Source: an uncultured Alphaproteobacteria bacterium
Lineage (GTDB): Bacteria; Pseudomonadota; Alphaproteobacteria; Methylaequorales; Methylaequoraceae
Length of the DNA stretch: 64,000 bases
Assembly: GCA_902579395.1 (NCBI GenBank)
Contig: CACHGK010000002.1
Coordinates: 19,378-83,377, forward strand
Reading direction: 5' to 3'
Below the pieces are notes generated by a model. It had not been told where the DNA came from and did not search any database. It worked only from the letters and a program-made list of their open reading frames with translations. Below are positions 52,250 through 62,112 of the stretch, piece by piece (position 1 is the first letter of the stretch; each line of letters begins with the position of its first letter). The position numbers and the translations under genes were made by a program.

Positions 52250-55025
52250 TAATTACCAAAAAGCAACGATCGCATAAATCATCACTTTTATTAAATGATC
52301 TAACTTGTTTCCAGCATCTTGGACATTTTTCTCCATTATCTTTAGAAATACTTATTCCAATTTCTTTTGCTTTAGAACTGAAGATAAAACCATCGTTGAA
52401 ATTTTCTGATAATTTTACATCTGATGAAATCAAAATTTCTCCCAAATTTACTGATTGAGCTATCTTTCTATATTCTAATTTTTTCAAATAAATTGAAGCT
52501 TTAGCCTCAAGACTTGATTTAATTTCTTTTAAGTTTCTTTTCTGCTCGACAGCAAATGTGAATGCATTTTTTATTTCTAATATTTTAACCCAAATGTTAT
52601 TTAGTTCTTCATTATTCCACTCTTTATCAGGTTTAATACTTTTTAAAAAATGGCAACTTAATTCTACTGAACCAGCACTCTCTCTCCAGCATTGCCATGC
52701 TTCCTCTGTTGTAAATGGAATTATGGGTGAAAGCCATCTAATTAGATATTGGAATACATCTGTCATTACAGTTTTTGTGGATTTAACAATATCTGAATCT
52801 AGCGACTCACAATATAGTACATCTTTTCTTATATCAAAGAATAAAGATGAGAGTTCCTGAGAGCAAAAACTTAAAATCAACTGAAATGCCTTATAAAAAC
52901 TAAATTCCTCAAAATAGATGTTTATTTTTTTATCATAACTATATAATTTGTGACGAATAAATTGCTCTAGTTTTGGTAATTTCTTGTGAGGAACTCTATG
53001 ATTTAATGAGTTTTTATCTATGTTTCCTAAAATAAATCTCAAAGTATTTCTAATTTTTCTATAACTTTCAGCCTGTCTGTCTAAGCTTTGATAACTTATT
53101 TTTATGTCTTCGTTGTAGTTAGAATTAGCTACCCAAATCCTCAAAATATCAGCACCATATTTTTTTATTACATCTGAAGGTAAGATTACATTGCCCAGTG
53201 ATTTTGACATTTTTTTTCCTTTTTCATCAATTACAAAACCATGAGTCATTACTGACTTAAATGGACTTTCACCATAGTTTGCGCAACTTTCAATTAGAGA
53301 AGTTTGGAACCAACCTCTGTGCTGATCCGATCCCTCTAGATATAAATCTGCCTTATCTTTGATTCCATTATTTTTTAAAACGTAAACATGACTAGATCCA
53401 GAGTCAAACCAAACATCAAGGATCGACTGTACTTTTTCATACTCATTAGAATCTTCTATATCGCTTAAAAAATACTCTGAAGGTTTGGAAAACCAAGAAT
53501 CAATGCCTTCATTTCTAATAACTTTTAAAATTTTTTCATTTACTTTTTTATTGACAAGTGGTTTCCCATCTTCTTTTGATACAAAAATTGTTATTGGCAC
53601 GCCCCATGATCTCTGTCTAGAAACACACCAGTCAGGTCTATCTTTTATCATTGATTGAATTCTTTTTTTACTATTTGATGGGATCCATCTCACTTTTTCA
53701 ATTTCTGTTAATGCTTTTTTTCTCAAACCTTTTCTATCCAGAGAAATAAACCATTGAGAAGTTGCTCTAAAAATTAGTGGTGCCTTTGATCTCCAGGAAT
53801 GAGGGTAACTGTGATAATAATCATTAGAGCTAATTAATGTGGAAGATTTTTTAAGCTCTTTTATAACCTCTTCATCTGCTTTAAAAACATGTATACCTTC
53901 AAAAAAAGGTATATTTGAAGTATAAATACCTTTCTCATTTACTGTTGGCAGATTATCTAATTTATTTTTTTTTCCAAATTCAAAATCCTCAACTCCATGA
54001 TTTGGTGCTATATGAACAAAACCTGTACCAGTATCGTCTGTGACGTGCTCACCCTCACAAACCCTAACATCTGAATCATATCCAAGATTTTTTAATGGAT
54101 GTTCACAAATTATTTCCTTTAATTGTTGAGTTTTGACTTCTTTAATTATTTTAAAATTTTTAATTGAGTGAGTATTACAAAAATTTGATACTAAATTCTC
54201 TGCTATTATAATTTTTTCACCTTTAATTAATGATAAGTTATTATCATTTTGCCCAATTTCTATTAACTGATAATTTAGATTACTCGAAAAAGCTATTGCT
54301 TTGTTACAAGGTATCGTCCATGGTGTAGTAGTCCAAATAACTATACTTGAATTATTTCTTTCCCGAACTATTGGAAATTTTACGTAAATAGCTTTTGATT
54401 TTTTTTCATGATATTCTATCTCTGCCTCAGCAAGTGCTGTTTGTTCAACTACTGACCACATGACCGGTTTAAAACCAAGATATAATTGATCTGATTCAAG
54501 AAACTTAAGAAGTTCTGATACTATTATATATTCTGATTCTTTATTCATTGTAAGATAAATATTTTCCCAATTAGTTTGAATTCCGAATCTATTGAATTGA
54601 CTTTTCTGAATTTCAACCCATTTGCCTGCAAACTCTCTACATTCTCTTCGAAATTCCTCTAAATTTACCTCAGATTTAGTTTTTCCTGACTTTCTAAATT
54701 TTTCCTCTACTTTCCATTCAATAGGTAAACCATGGCAGTCCCAACCGGGAATATAATTTACATCAAGTGATTTTTGAAATTTATATCTGCATATAATATC
54801 TTTTAATATTTTGTTTAGAGCATGTCCAAGATGTAAGTCTCCGTTCGCGTAAGGAGGACCATCATGTAAAATATACTTTTTAAACTTTTCATTTTGTTTT
54901 TTTAAGTTTTCATATACCTTATTTTTTTTCCAAAACTTTATCCATTTGTTCTCATTTTCTGAGAGGTTGGCTTTCATTGAAAAATTTGTTTTGGGTAAAT
55001 TAATTGTTTTTGAATAATCTGTCAT
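52236..55025 (-). CDS. ileS: Isoleucyl-tRNA synthetase
   Basis: HLGH and KMSKS motifs and a C-terminal zinc-finger CPRCW…CDRC. Confidence 0.95.
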   Translation of the reverse strand: MTDYSKTINLPKTNFSMKANLSENENKWIKFWKKNKVYENLKKQNEKFKKYILHDGPPYANGDLHLGHALNKILKDIICRYKFQKSLDVNYIPGWDCHGLPIEWKVEEKFRKSGKTKSEVNLEEFRRECREFAGKWVEIQKSQFNRFGIQTNWENIYLTMNKESEYIIVSELLKFLESDQLYLGFKPVMWSVVEQTALAEAEIEYHEKKSKAIYVKFPIVRERNNSSIVIWTTTPWTIPCNKAIAFSSNLNYQLIEIGQNDNNLSLIKGEKIIIAENLVSNFCNTHSIKNFKIIKEVKTQQLKEIICEHPLKNLGYDSDVRVCEGEHVTDDTGTGFVHIAPNHGVEDFEFGKKNKLDNLPTVNEKGIYTSNIPFFEGIHVFKADEEVIKELKKSSTLISSNDYYHSYPHSWRSKAPLIFRATSQWFISLDRKGLRKKALTEIEKVRWIPSNSKKRIQSMIKDRPDWCVSRQRSWGVPITIFVSKEDGKPLVNKKVNEKILKVIRNEGIDSWFSKPSEYFLSDIEDSNEYEKVQSILDVWFDSGSSHVYVLKNNGIKDKADLYLEGSDQHRGWFQTSLIESCANYGESPFKSVMTHGFVIDEKGKKMSKSLGNVILPSDVIKKYGADILRIWVANSNYNEDIKISYQSLDRQAESYRKIRNTLRFILGNIDKNSLNHRVPHKKLPKLEQFIRHKLYSYDKKINIYFEEFSFYKAFQLILSFCSQELSSLFFDIRKDVLYCESLDSDIVKSTKTVMTDVFQYLIRWLSPIIPFTTEEAWQCWRESAGSVELSCHFLKSIKPDKEWNNEELNNIWVKILEIKNAFTFAVEQKRNLKEIKSSLEAKASIYLKKLEYRKIAQSVNLGEILISSDVKLSENFNDGFIFSSKAKEIGISISKDNGEKCPRCWKQVRSFNKSDDLCDRCFLVINENK

Positions 55026-55947
55026 TTTTTACCTGAATAATATCTTTTATAATCTGATCTTTTAATTTCTCAACAGATTCAAATTTTTTTTCTGCTCTAA
55101 TAAACTTGTTAAATGAAATTTCAATTCTTTGGTTGTAAATATCATCACAAAAATTAAAAATATGTGTTTCTAAAATTGGGTCAACTTTATCAAACGTTGG
55201 TTTTATTCCAAAATTTGCAATACCAAAATAGGTTTTATCCTTATGTTTTCCAGTTAACTTTATACTAACAAAATAAACACCCTTCCGAATGTTACAAAAT
55301 TTGTGCACTCTCATATTTGCTGTTCTAAAGCCAATTTTTCTGCCATTCCTATCGCCCCCAATTACTTTCCCACTAACCAACCAACTCCTTGTTAAGATCC
55401 TGTTTGCTTTCTGTATCTCGCCTTCTCTCAAAAAATTCCTTATTTCTGATGATGAGGCAATATTCATATTTTTTATTTTTACTTCAGGCACCTCAAAAAA
55501 TTTAAATTTGTTCGTCCCCAAAACAAATTTATTTATCAAATTTACATTTCCAGTTCTGTTATTCCCGAAAACAAAATCATATCCGGTAACAACAGAGTTT
55601 ACTTTGAGCTTTCCAACTAAATCATTTTGCAAGAAATCAAATGCGCTTTTTTTTACAAATTTTTCCTCAAATCTTATATTTATCATAAAATCTATTCCCA
55701 TATTACTCAAAATCCTAACCTTTTCTCTGAATGGGGTAAGCCTAAAATAATCATATTTTTTTTTAAAAAAACATTTAGGATGGGGCTCAAAAGTGAGAAC
55801 TCCAACTTTTATTTTTTTTTTTTTTGCTATACTAATTGCTTTTTTAATGACTGCCTGATGACCAATATGAATACCATCGAAATTCCCAATTGCTAAAGTA
55901 GAATGAGTAAATTCTTTGGGAATTTTAAATGATCTAAAAATGTGCAT
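55000..55947 (-). CDS. ribF: Bifunctional riboflavin kinase / FMN adenylyltransferase
   Basis: N-terminal nucleotidyltransferase (GNFDGIHIGHQ) and C-terminal riboflavin kinase (GFRTANM) domains. Confidence 0.85.
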   Translation of the reverse strand: MHIFRSFKIPKEFTHSTLAIGNFDGIHIGHQAVIKKAISIAKKKKIKVGVLTFEPHPKCFFKKKYDYFRLTPFREKVRILSNMGIDFMINIRFEEKFVKKSAFDFLQNDLVGKLKVNSVVTGYDFVFGNNRTGNVNLINKFVLGTNKFKFFEVPEVKIKNMNIASSSEIRNFLREGEIQKANRILTRSWLVSGKVIGGDRNGRKIGFRTANMRVHKFCNIRKGVYFVSIKLTGKHKDKTYFGIANFGIKPTFDKVDPILETHIFNFCDDIYNQRIEISFNKFIRAEKKFESVEKLKDQIIKDIIQVKNDRLFKNN

Positions 55948-55953
55948 ATTTAA

Positions 55954-56403
55954 TTATAATTTAGGCTTTGATGAAACCAAGATTTCTGCTTTACCTGTTA
56001 GAACCTTTTTTTCCAAGACAAAACATTCAGTTAAAAGTAATATTTTTTTTTTCTCACTATTAATTTCTAAAATTGTTACTTCAGCTTTTACAATTTCTCC
56101 AATAAATACTGGAGATAAAAACTTTAACTCTTGCTTCAAATAAATACTTCCCGGTCCAGGGAGTTTAGAAGCAATAACAGTTGAGATTAAGCTACCTGTT
56201 AAAAAACCATGAACTATTCTTTTTTTAAAGATTGACTCTTTAGCAAACTTTTCATCCGTATGAACAGGATTAAAATCTCCAGTTAGGTTTGAAAATATGT
56301 TTATATCATTACTATTTACTAATTTCTCAAATGAGGCTTTTTGACCAATTTTTAGATCTTCAATGAATAGACCATGTTTTCTAAAATAGTAATTACTTGT
56401 CAT
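55954..56403 (-). CDS. MaoC-like (R)-specific enoyl-CoA hydratase/dehydratase
   Basis: 149-aa hot-dog fold containing NPVHTDE. Confidence 0.7.
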   Translation of the reverse strand: MTSNYYFRKHGLFIEDLKIGQKASFEKLVNSNDINIFSNLTGDFNPVHTDEKFAKESIFKKRIVHGFLTGSLISTVIASKLPGPGSIYLKQELKFLSPVFIGEIVKAEVTILEINSEKKKILLLTECFVLEKKVLTGKAEILVSSKPKL

Positions 56404-56453
56404 TATTAATAAAATACTAGAGTTAATAGATTTTTCTATTAATATTTATTTTC

Positions 56454-57611
56454 ATGTTACATATTGCGTTATTTTTAATTTATACTTTTTTTTTTACTTT
56501 TGCTAATTCAGAAAAAATTAGTAACTATAAGACTTACAATAAGACCAGCACAGATTTCAAGTTAAAAAAAGTTTCACAATCTAGATTGAATGATCCATGG
56601 GGCATGACATTTCTAGATTCCGACAATCTTCTTATTACTGAAAAAAATGGAGGATTAATCAAGATGAATATTAATTCAGGTGTTACAACTAACATCAGTC
56701 ATGAAATACCAATTATCGAGTCTACAAGAGGACAAGGTGGCTTGCTTGATGTTTACGCACACACCGATGGAAATATTTATTTTACCTATAGCCATAGTTT
56801 TATGAAAGGACAAACAAAAACTAAATCATCCAGGGGATCAAGTACAGCTGTAGCCAAAGGAAAATTATCAGAAAATAAAATTAAGGATCTAAAAATATTA
56901 ATTATAGGAAAACCAAAACTATTTATTAACAAACACTGGGGCTCAAGAATAGCTATAAAAGATGATTTTTTATATGTTAGTTTTGGAGAGAGAGATGAGG
57001 GAATGATTGCTCAGGATCCTCGGAAACATCCTGGAAGTATTTTGAGAATTAAAACAGATGGTTCAATTCCAAAAGATAATCCTGCATTTAAAGGTTATGA
57101 TGAATGGCTTCCGGAAATATTCCAAATTGGATTAAGGAATCCTCAAGGAATAACATTGTCACCTTATGACAATGAGATATATTTTTCACAGCATGGTCCA
57201 ATGGGCGGTGATAATTTAGGTAAAGTAAAGTTTGCTGGTAATTTAGGCTGGAAAGAAATTGCTTGGGGGGGCAAAGAATATTCAGGAAAAAAAATTGGTA
57301 AGTCACCATTTAAAAATTCGTATGACAAACCATTAATATCTTGGGTTCCATCAATAGCAGTTGGCAATATAGCTTTTTATAAAGGTAAAGTCTTTCCAGA
57401 TTGGAATGGTGACATATTAGTGAGTGCCACAAAAACCAGGATGCTCGCTAGATTAAAATTTAAAAATGATAGAATTATTGATGAAGAAATAATTATAAAA
57501 GACAACAACGATATTGGTAGAATTAGAGATTTTGAAATTGATTCAAAAGGGAATATTTACTTAATAAGTGATGATACCAAATCATATGTTTGGATGATGT
57601 ATAAAAACTAA
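56454..57611 (+). CDS. PQQ-dependent soluble aldose/sorbosone dehydrogenase (beta-propeller, YliI-like)
   Basis: Signal peptide and the PWGMTFLDSDNLLITEKNG and HPGSILRI motifs of the sGDH family. Confidence 0.7.
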   Translation: MLHIALFLIYTFFFTFANSEKISNYKTYNKTSTDFKLKKVSQSRLNDPWGMTFLDSDNLLITEKNGGLIKMNINSGVTTNISHEIPIIESTRGQGGLLDVYAHTDGNIYFTYSHSFMKGQTKTKSSRGSSTAVAKGKLSENKIKDLKILIIGKPKLFINKHWGSRIAIKDDFLYVSFGERDEGMIAQDPRKHPGSILRIKTDGSIPKDNPAFKGYDEWLPEIFQIGLRNPQGITLSPYDNEIYFSQHGPMGGDNLGKVKFAGNLGWKEIAWGGKEYSGKKIGKSPFKNSYDKPLISWVPSIAVGNIAFYKGKVFPDWNGDILVSATKTRMLARLKFKNDRIIDEEIIIKDNNDIGRIRDFEIDSKGNIYLISDDTKSYVWMMYKN

Positions 57612-58519
57612 TCCATATCTAACAATGCCGAACAAAACTTATCAGATTCAAATTTAGCTAGATCTTCTTGACTTTCACCAGTTCCAATAAAAGATATCGG
57701 TATTTTTAGCTTATTAGCGATTGGAACTATTGCACCACCCTTAGCAGATCCATCTAACTTTGTAATGATTAAACTGTCAATATTACACATATCTTTAAAT
57801 ACCTCAGCCTGCCTAATGGAATTTTGTCCAATGTTACCATCTAAAACAAGAATAGTCTCATTTGGTAATGATTCATCTATTTTTTTCATAACTCTAATTA
57901 TTTTAGACAATTCATTCATTAAATCAGTTTTATTGTGGAGTCTTCCGGCTGTATCTATCAATAAAAGGTCTAATTTTTTCTTTTTTGCTGAAACTACAGA
58001 CTGATAGGCAAGTGCAGCCGGATCGGAAGATTCTTTAGCAGAGAAAAATTCAGCATTAGTTTTCTCCGACCAAATTTTCAGTTGTTCAACAGCTGCAGCT
58101 CTAAATGTATCAGCAGCAACAACACCAACTTTCTTTCCTTCTTTTACAAACTTATCTGCCAACTTTCCAATTGTGGCTGTTTTCCCAACTCCATTGACAC
58201 CAACTATTAAAACAACAAAAAGGTTCCTTTTAAGTTCAATGTCTCGTTCAAGATTAGTTAAAATTATTTCTATTTTTTTTTTTATAATTTTTTTTACATT
58301 TTCAGGACTTGGACTTACTAGTTTTGATTTTCTTAATTCTGAAATTATGTTTGAAGAACACTCTACCCCTAAATCAGATGATATAAGCAGCTCTTCCAAC
58401 TCCTCTAGGGTCGACTCATCTATTTTTTTACTTTTTAAAATTTTTTTAATGCCACCTGATATCTTATCAGACGATTTAGAAAGCCCACTTTTTAATTTTT
58501 TAAACCAACCAAAAACCAT
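57608..58519 (-). CDS. ftsY: Signal recognition particle receptor FtsY
   Basis: NG domain GVNGVGKTATIGKLA, DTAGR, and a short N-terminus. Convergent 4-nt overlap with the sGDH gene. Confidence 0.9.
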   Translation of the reverse strand: MVFGWFKKLKSGLSKSSDKISGGIKKILKSKKIDESTLEELEELLISSDLGVECSSNIISELRKSKLVSPSPENVKKIIKKKIEIILTNLERDIELKRNLFVVLIVGVNGVGKTATIGKLADKFVKEGKKVGVVAADTFRAAAVEQLKIWSEKTNAEFFSAKESSDPAALAYQSVVSAKKKKLDLLLIDTAGRLHNKTDLMNELSKIIRVMKKIDESLPNETILVLDGNIGQNSIRQAEVFKDMCNIDSLIITKLDGSAKGGAIVPIANKLKIPISFIGTGESQEDLAKFESDKFCSALLDMD

Positions 58520-58521
58520 TT

Positions 58522-59763
58522 TTAAATTAATTCTGCAACCAAAGTATCATCATTTCTTGAAATTACGTTTATATCAAGAACAACACCGGGTTGTGAATCA
58601 AAATTCTTTTTTCCTGTTAATTTAACTTTAAAAAATTCATCTGTATAACTTTTTCCATGCGATTCAAACAAAATTCTTCTACACTTTCCTATTGTTTTAT
58701 TTAATTTTTTATGAAGAAGTTTCTTAGACTCTCTTCGTAGAATATCTGCCCTAATTTTTTTTACCTTTTCATTAACTTGAGGCATTCTAGAAGCTGGTGT
58801 TCCCTGCTTCGCAGAAAAAGGAAAGACATGAACATTAGAAAAATCAATCAATTTCACAAATTTAAGAGTGTTTGAAAAATGTTCATCGGTTTCAGTTGGA
58901 AAACCAACAATTACATCTGCTCCAAAAGTGAATTCAGGTCTGTAAGATCTAATTTTTTTACATAGATTTATAACCTGCTCAGTATTATGTCTTCTTTTCA
59001 TCCTTTTTAAGATCATATTGTCTCCAGATTGAATTGATAGATGTGCGTGCGGAAGAAGCCTCTTATCTTTCAATAAAAGGTCGAGAAGATCATCATCAAT
59101 TTCTGCTGGATCAATTGAAGATAATCGCAATCTTTTAAGTTCTGGATATAAGCAGAGCAACCTTTTTAAGATATTACCAAGTTTTGGATTTCCTGAAAGG
59201 TCATGCCCATAGGAGGTAAGGTCTATACCAGTTAGAATAATTTCTTTGAATCCTTTTTTTAAAATACCTGAAACGCGTTGGCATATTTCTTCAAAAGGAA
59301 GACTTTTAGAATCCCCCCTGCCGAAAGGTATAATACAAAAGGTGCAGCGATGGTCACATCCCTGTTGAATTTGAAGTAAGGCCCGAGACCTGCTTGTTGA
59401 AAATTGATCTAAATATGGAAAATCTATTGATTTCTCTTCTTTTAAAGGATGATTATTATAATGGTCAGGTCGAGTTTTTGTTTTATTATCAATGATTTTT
59501 TTTACATTCTTTAATTTTATAAAAGACTTTTCATCAATCTGACTAGCGCATCCAGTGACCAAAATTTTATGATTTGGATATTTTGAGGAGGCCTTTTTAA
59601 CTTCACTAATTGATTTTTTGACTGCATGATTTGTTACAGCACAGGTATTAATTATTATGGTATTTTGAATACCATCTTTTTTCAAAATATTATTTATCAC
59701 CTCAGATTCAAAAAAATTTAATCTGCAGCCTAAATTTATAACCTTTGATTCTGATTTAGACAT
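58522..59763 (-). CDS. Radical-SAM methylthiotransferase, MiaB-like (MtaB-type, 413 aa)
   Basis: MTTase N-domain cysteines, radical-SAM CDHRCTFC, and a C-terminal TRAM-like domain. Confidence 0.75.
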   Translation of the reverse strand: MSKSESKVINLGCRLNFFESEVINNILKKDGIQNTIIINTCAVTNHAVKKSISEVKKASSKYPNHKILVTGCASQIDEKSFIKLKNVKKIIDNKTKTRPDHYNNHPLKEEKSIDFPYLDQFSTSRSRALLQIQQGCDHRCTFCIIPFGRGDSKSLPFEEICQRVSGILKKGFKEIILTGIDLTSYGHDLSGNPKLGNILKRLLCLYPELKRLRLSSIDPAEIDDDLLDLLLKDKRLLPHAHLSIQSGDNMILKRMKRRHNTEQVINLCKKIRSYRPEFTFGADVIVGFPTETDEHFSNTLKFVKLIDFSNVHVFPFSAKQGTPASRMPQVNEKVKKIRADILRRESKKLLHKKLNKTIGKCRRILFESHGKSYTDEFFKVKLTGKKNFDSQPGVVLDINVISRNDDTLVAELI

Positions 59764-59765
59764 TA

Positions 59766-60596
59766 CTATAAATCATCCTGTATATAAATATTTCCCTCAA
59801 AAACAATAGTTCCCTCACCAATAGTTAAAATATGTTCATCTTTTGATATTTCAATATCTAGATTCCCTCCAGACATACAAACATTAATTTTATTACCACA
59901 ATAATTCATTTTAAAACTGGCAAAAGCTGAAGCTCCTGCTCCTGAACCACAGGCCTCAGTTAATCCAACCCCACGCTCGAAAGTCAAAACTTTGATATGA
60001 TTTCTCGACACTAATTTAACTACACTTACATTAACGCCTTCAGGAAATAGGTTTAGTCCCAGTAATTTTTCAGAATCAAACTCTAGTTTTTTTTTATTAA
60101 TCTCTTCTACAAAAAAGATTACGTGAGGATTTCCAACATTCAAAGCAAATCCTTTCTTCAAATAATCTAAATCAATGCCTAAATTACTCGTATCAATTGC
60201 ATACTTTATGGGAATATTATTCCATTCCAAATTTGGTTTTCCGAGGTCAGTAATTATTAAATTTTTATCAAATTCCTCTATATCAATAAGACCTTTACAA
60301 GTCTCGACAGTAAGATTTTTACTCTTATATTTTTTAAAATAATATTTTCCAATACACCTCAAAGCATTTCCACAAATTTCAGCCTCTGATCCGTCTCTAT
60401 TAAAAAACCGTGCATTTAGATCTGAATAATCATTTTTAGAATCATTTACAAAAGCAACCAAATCACAGCCTATTCCTATTTTTCTGTCAGAAAGAAAATT
60501 TATCAATTTTTCTGATATTAAAAGATTTTCTTGATTGAAGAAAAGCACAAAATCATTTCCAAGACCTTGAGCTTTAATAAAATTTATTTTTTTCAT
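59766..60596 (-). CDS. dapF: Diaminopimelate epimerase
   Basis: MKFIKAQGLGNDFVLF N-terminus and catalytic cysteines (CGNALRC, TEACGSGAGA). Confidence 0.85.
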   Translation of the reverse strand: MKKINFIKAQGLGNDFVLFFNQENLLISEKLINFLSDRKIGIGCDLVAFVNDSKNDYSDLNARFFNRDGSEAEICGNALRCIGKYYFKKYKSKNLTVETCKGLIDIEEFDKNLIITDLGKPNLEWNNIPIKYAIDTSNLGIDLDYLKKGFALNVGNPHVIFFVEEINKKKLEFDSEKLLGLNLFPEGVNVSVVKLVSRNHIKVLTFERGVGLTEACGSGAGASAFASFKMNYCGNKINVCMSGGNLDIEISKDEHILTIGEGTIVFEGNIYIQDDL

Positions 60597-60667
60597 TTGA
60601 TATTATTCATAATTTACTTTAAGGATTAAATGTTTTTTGATATAAACACAATCAGTAAATAATTAGT

Positions 60668-60703
60668 CAGTCCACGAGTGTCGTGCACTGGCTTTTTTTG
60701 TTT
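60668..60703 (+). terminator. Terminator-like hairpin: 10-bp imperfect stem, 7-nt loop and a T7 tract
   Basis: gtCAGTCCACgagtgtcGTGCACTGgcTTTTTTTgttt. It is the only GC-rich stem in the dapF/ffh divergent spacer and sits about 20 nt upstream of the ffh ATG. Confidence 0.35.
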
Positions 60704-60720
60704 AAATTAATTAATTGATT

Positions 60721-62100
60721 ATGTTTGAAAATCTAACTAATAAAATAACATTAATCTTTGATAAACTCAAAGGTAAAGGAATCATAGATGAGCCAACTTT
60801 AAGTGACGCAATGAGGGAGATTAGAGTTGCTCTTCTCGAATCAGACGTTTCAATTTCTGTAGCAAAAGATTTCATCCAGGACGTTAAAAGTAAAGCATTA
60901 GGTCAAGAGATAATAAAGAGTGTTTCTCCTGCCCAAATGGTAATAAAAATTGTAAATGATGAGTTAACACATTTACTTGGGTCTCAAAATGATGAACTGA
61001 ACCTTAAAGGTAAAACTCCAGTTCTAATACTAATGGTTGGTCTTCAAGGGTCTGGAAAAACCACCAGCTCAGCAAAATTAGCTAAGTGGATAATGAAGAA
61101 TCTAAAAAAAAAGGTAATGATGGCATCTTTAGATATTTATAGACCAGCAGCTCAAGAACAATTAATAACACTCGGGCAAGAAAATAAGATTGATACGCTA
61201 AGCATTCAGGAAAATAAATCACCACTTCAAATTGCCAAAGATGCCTATAAATTCGCCTCACAATCAAACTCAGATGTACTGATAATGGATAGCGCCGGAA
61301 GAAATCAAGTAGATCTTCAGATGATGAAAGAAATTAAAGAAATTTCAGAATCCTTTAAATTTTCAGAAATTCTGCTTGTTTCTGACTCTATGACAGGTCA
61401 AGACGCTGTAAATACAGCACAAACATTTTCAGAAAAGTTAAATTTAACAGGCATCATTTTGACAAGAATTGATGGGGATTCGCGAGGCGGGGCTGCACTT
61501 TCAATGAGAAAAATAACCCAAAAACCAATCAAATTTATTGGTGTTGGAGAAAAAACTGATGACCTTGAAACTTTCCATCCTGATAGGATAGCTAACAGAA
61601 TATTAGGAATGGGAGATGTTGTTTCACTTGTTGAAAAAGCTTCAGAAGAAATAAATGAAGAAGAAGCTAAAGATATGCAAAAAAAAATCCTCAAAGGTAG
61701 GTTTACCCTCTCAGATTACTCCAAGCAACTTGATCAAATCACAAAAATGGGAGGAATTCAGAGTTTAATGAAGTATCTTCCTGGCATGTCAGGTTTAAAA
61801 GAAAAAGTAGAGGAATCAGTGCAAAACAATGACATTTTCAAAAAACAAAAAGCAATAATCAGCTCAATGACACCAAAGGAACGAAACTTTCCTGACATTG
61901 TAAAGGCTTCAAGAAAAATTAGAATTTCAAAAGGATCTGGAACTCATGTACAAGACGTAAATAAGTTGCTCAAACAATTTAAAAAAATGAGCCAAATGAT
62001 GAAAAAAATGGGTAATAACAAAGAAATGCAAAATTTGATGAACTCTGGAAATTTTGGCAATATGCAAAATATAATTAATAAAAATAAACCACTTCAATAG
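60721..62100 (+). CDS. ffh: Signal recognition particle protein Ffh
   Basis: MFENLTNKIT N-terminus (compare E. coli MFDNLTDRL), GLQGSGKTT, DSAGR, and a Met-rich M domain. The ORF-track TTG at 60715 is probably 6 nt too early. Confidence 0.9.
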   Translation: MFENLTNKITLIFDKLKGKGIIDEPTLSDAMREIRVALLESDVSISVAKDFIQDVKSKALGQEIIKSVSPAQMVIKIVNDELTHLLGSQNDELNLKGKTPVLILMVGLQGSGKTTSSAKLAKWIMKNLKKKVMMASLDIYRPAAQEQLITLGQENKIDTLSIQENKSPLQIAKDAYKFASQSNSDVLIMDSAGRNQVDLQMMKEIKEISESFKFSEILLVSDSMTGQDAVNTAQTFSEKLNLTGIILTRIDGDSRGGAALSMRKITQKPIKFIGVGEKTDDLETFHPDRIANRILGMGDVVSLVEKASEEINEEEAKDMQKKILKGRFTLSDYSKQLDQITKMGGIQSLMKYLPGMSGLKEKVEESVQNNDIFKKQKAIISSMTPKERNFPDIVKASRKIRISKGSGTHVQDVNKLLKQFKKMSQMMKKMGNNKEMQNLMNSGNFGNMQNIINKNKPLQ

Positions 62101-62112
62101 AAAGGAAAAAAA

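Noticed and set aside
60597-60714. Possible SRP RNA (4.5S/ffs) gene next to ffh
   Set aside because: The spacer lacks the GGAA tetraloop region and the conserved domain IV asymmetric-loop sequence. It is only 118 bp of mostly AT-rich sequence with a single short hairpin.
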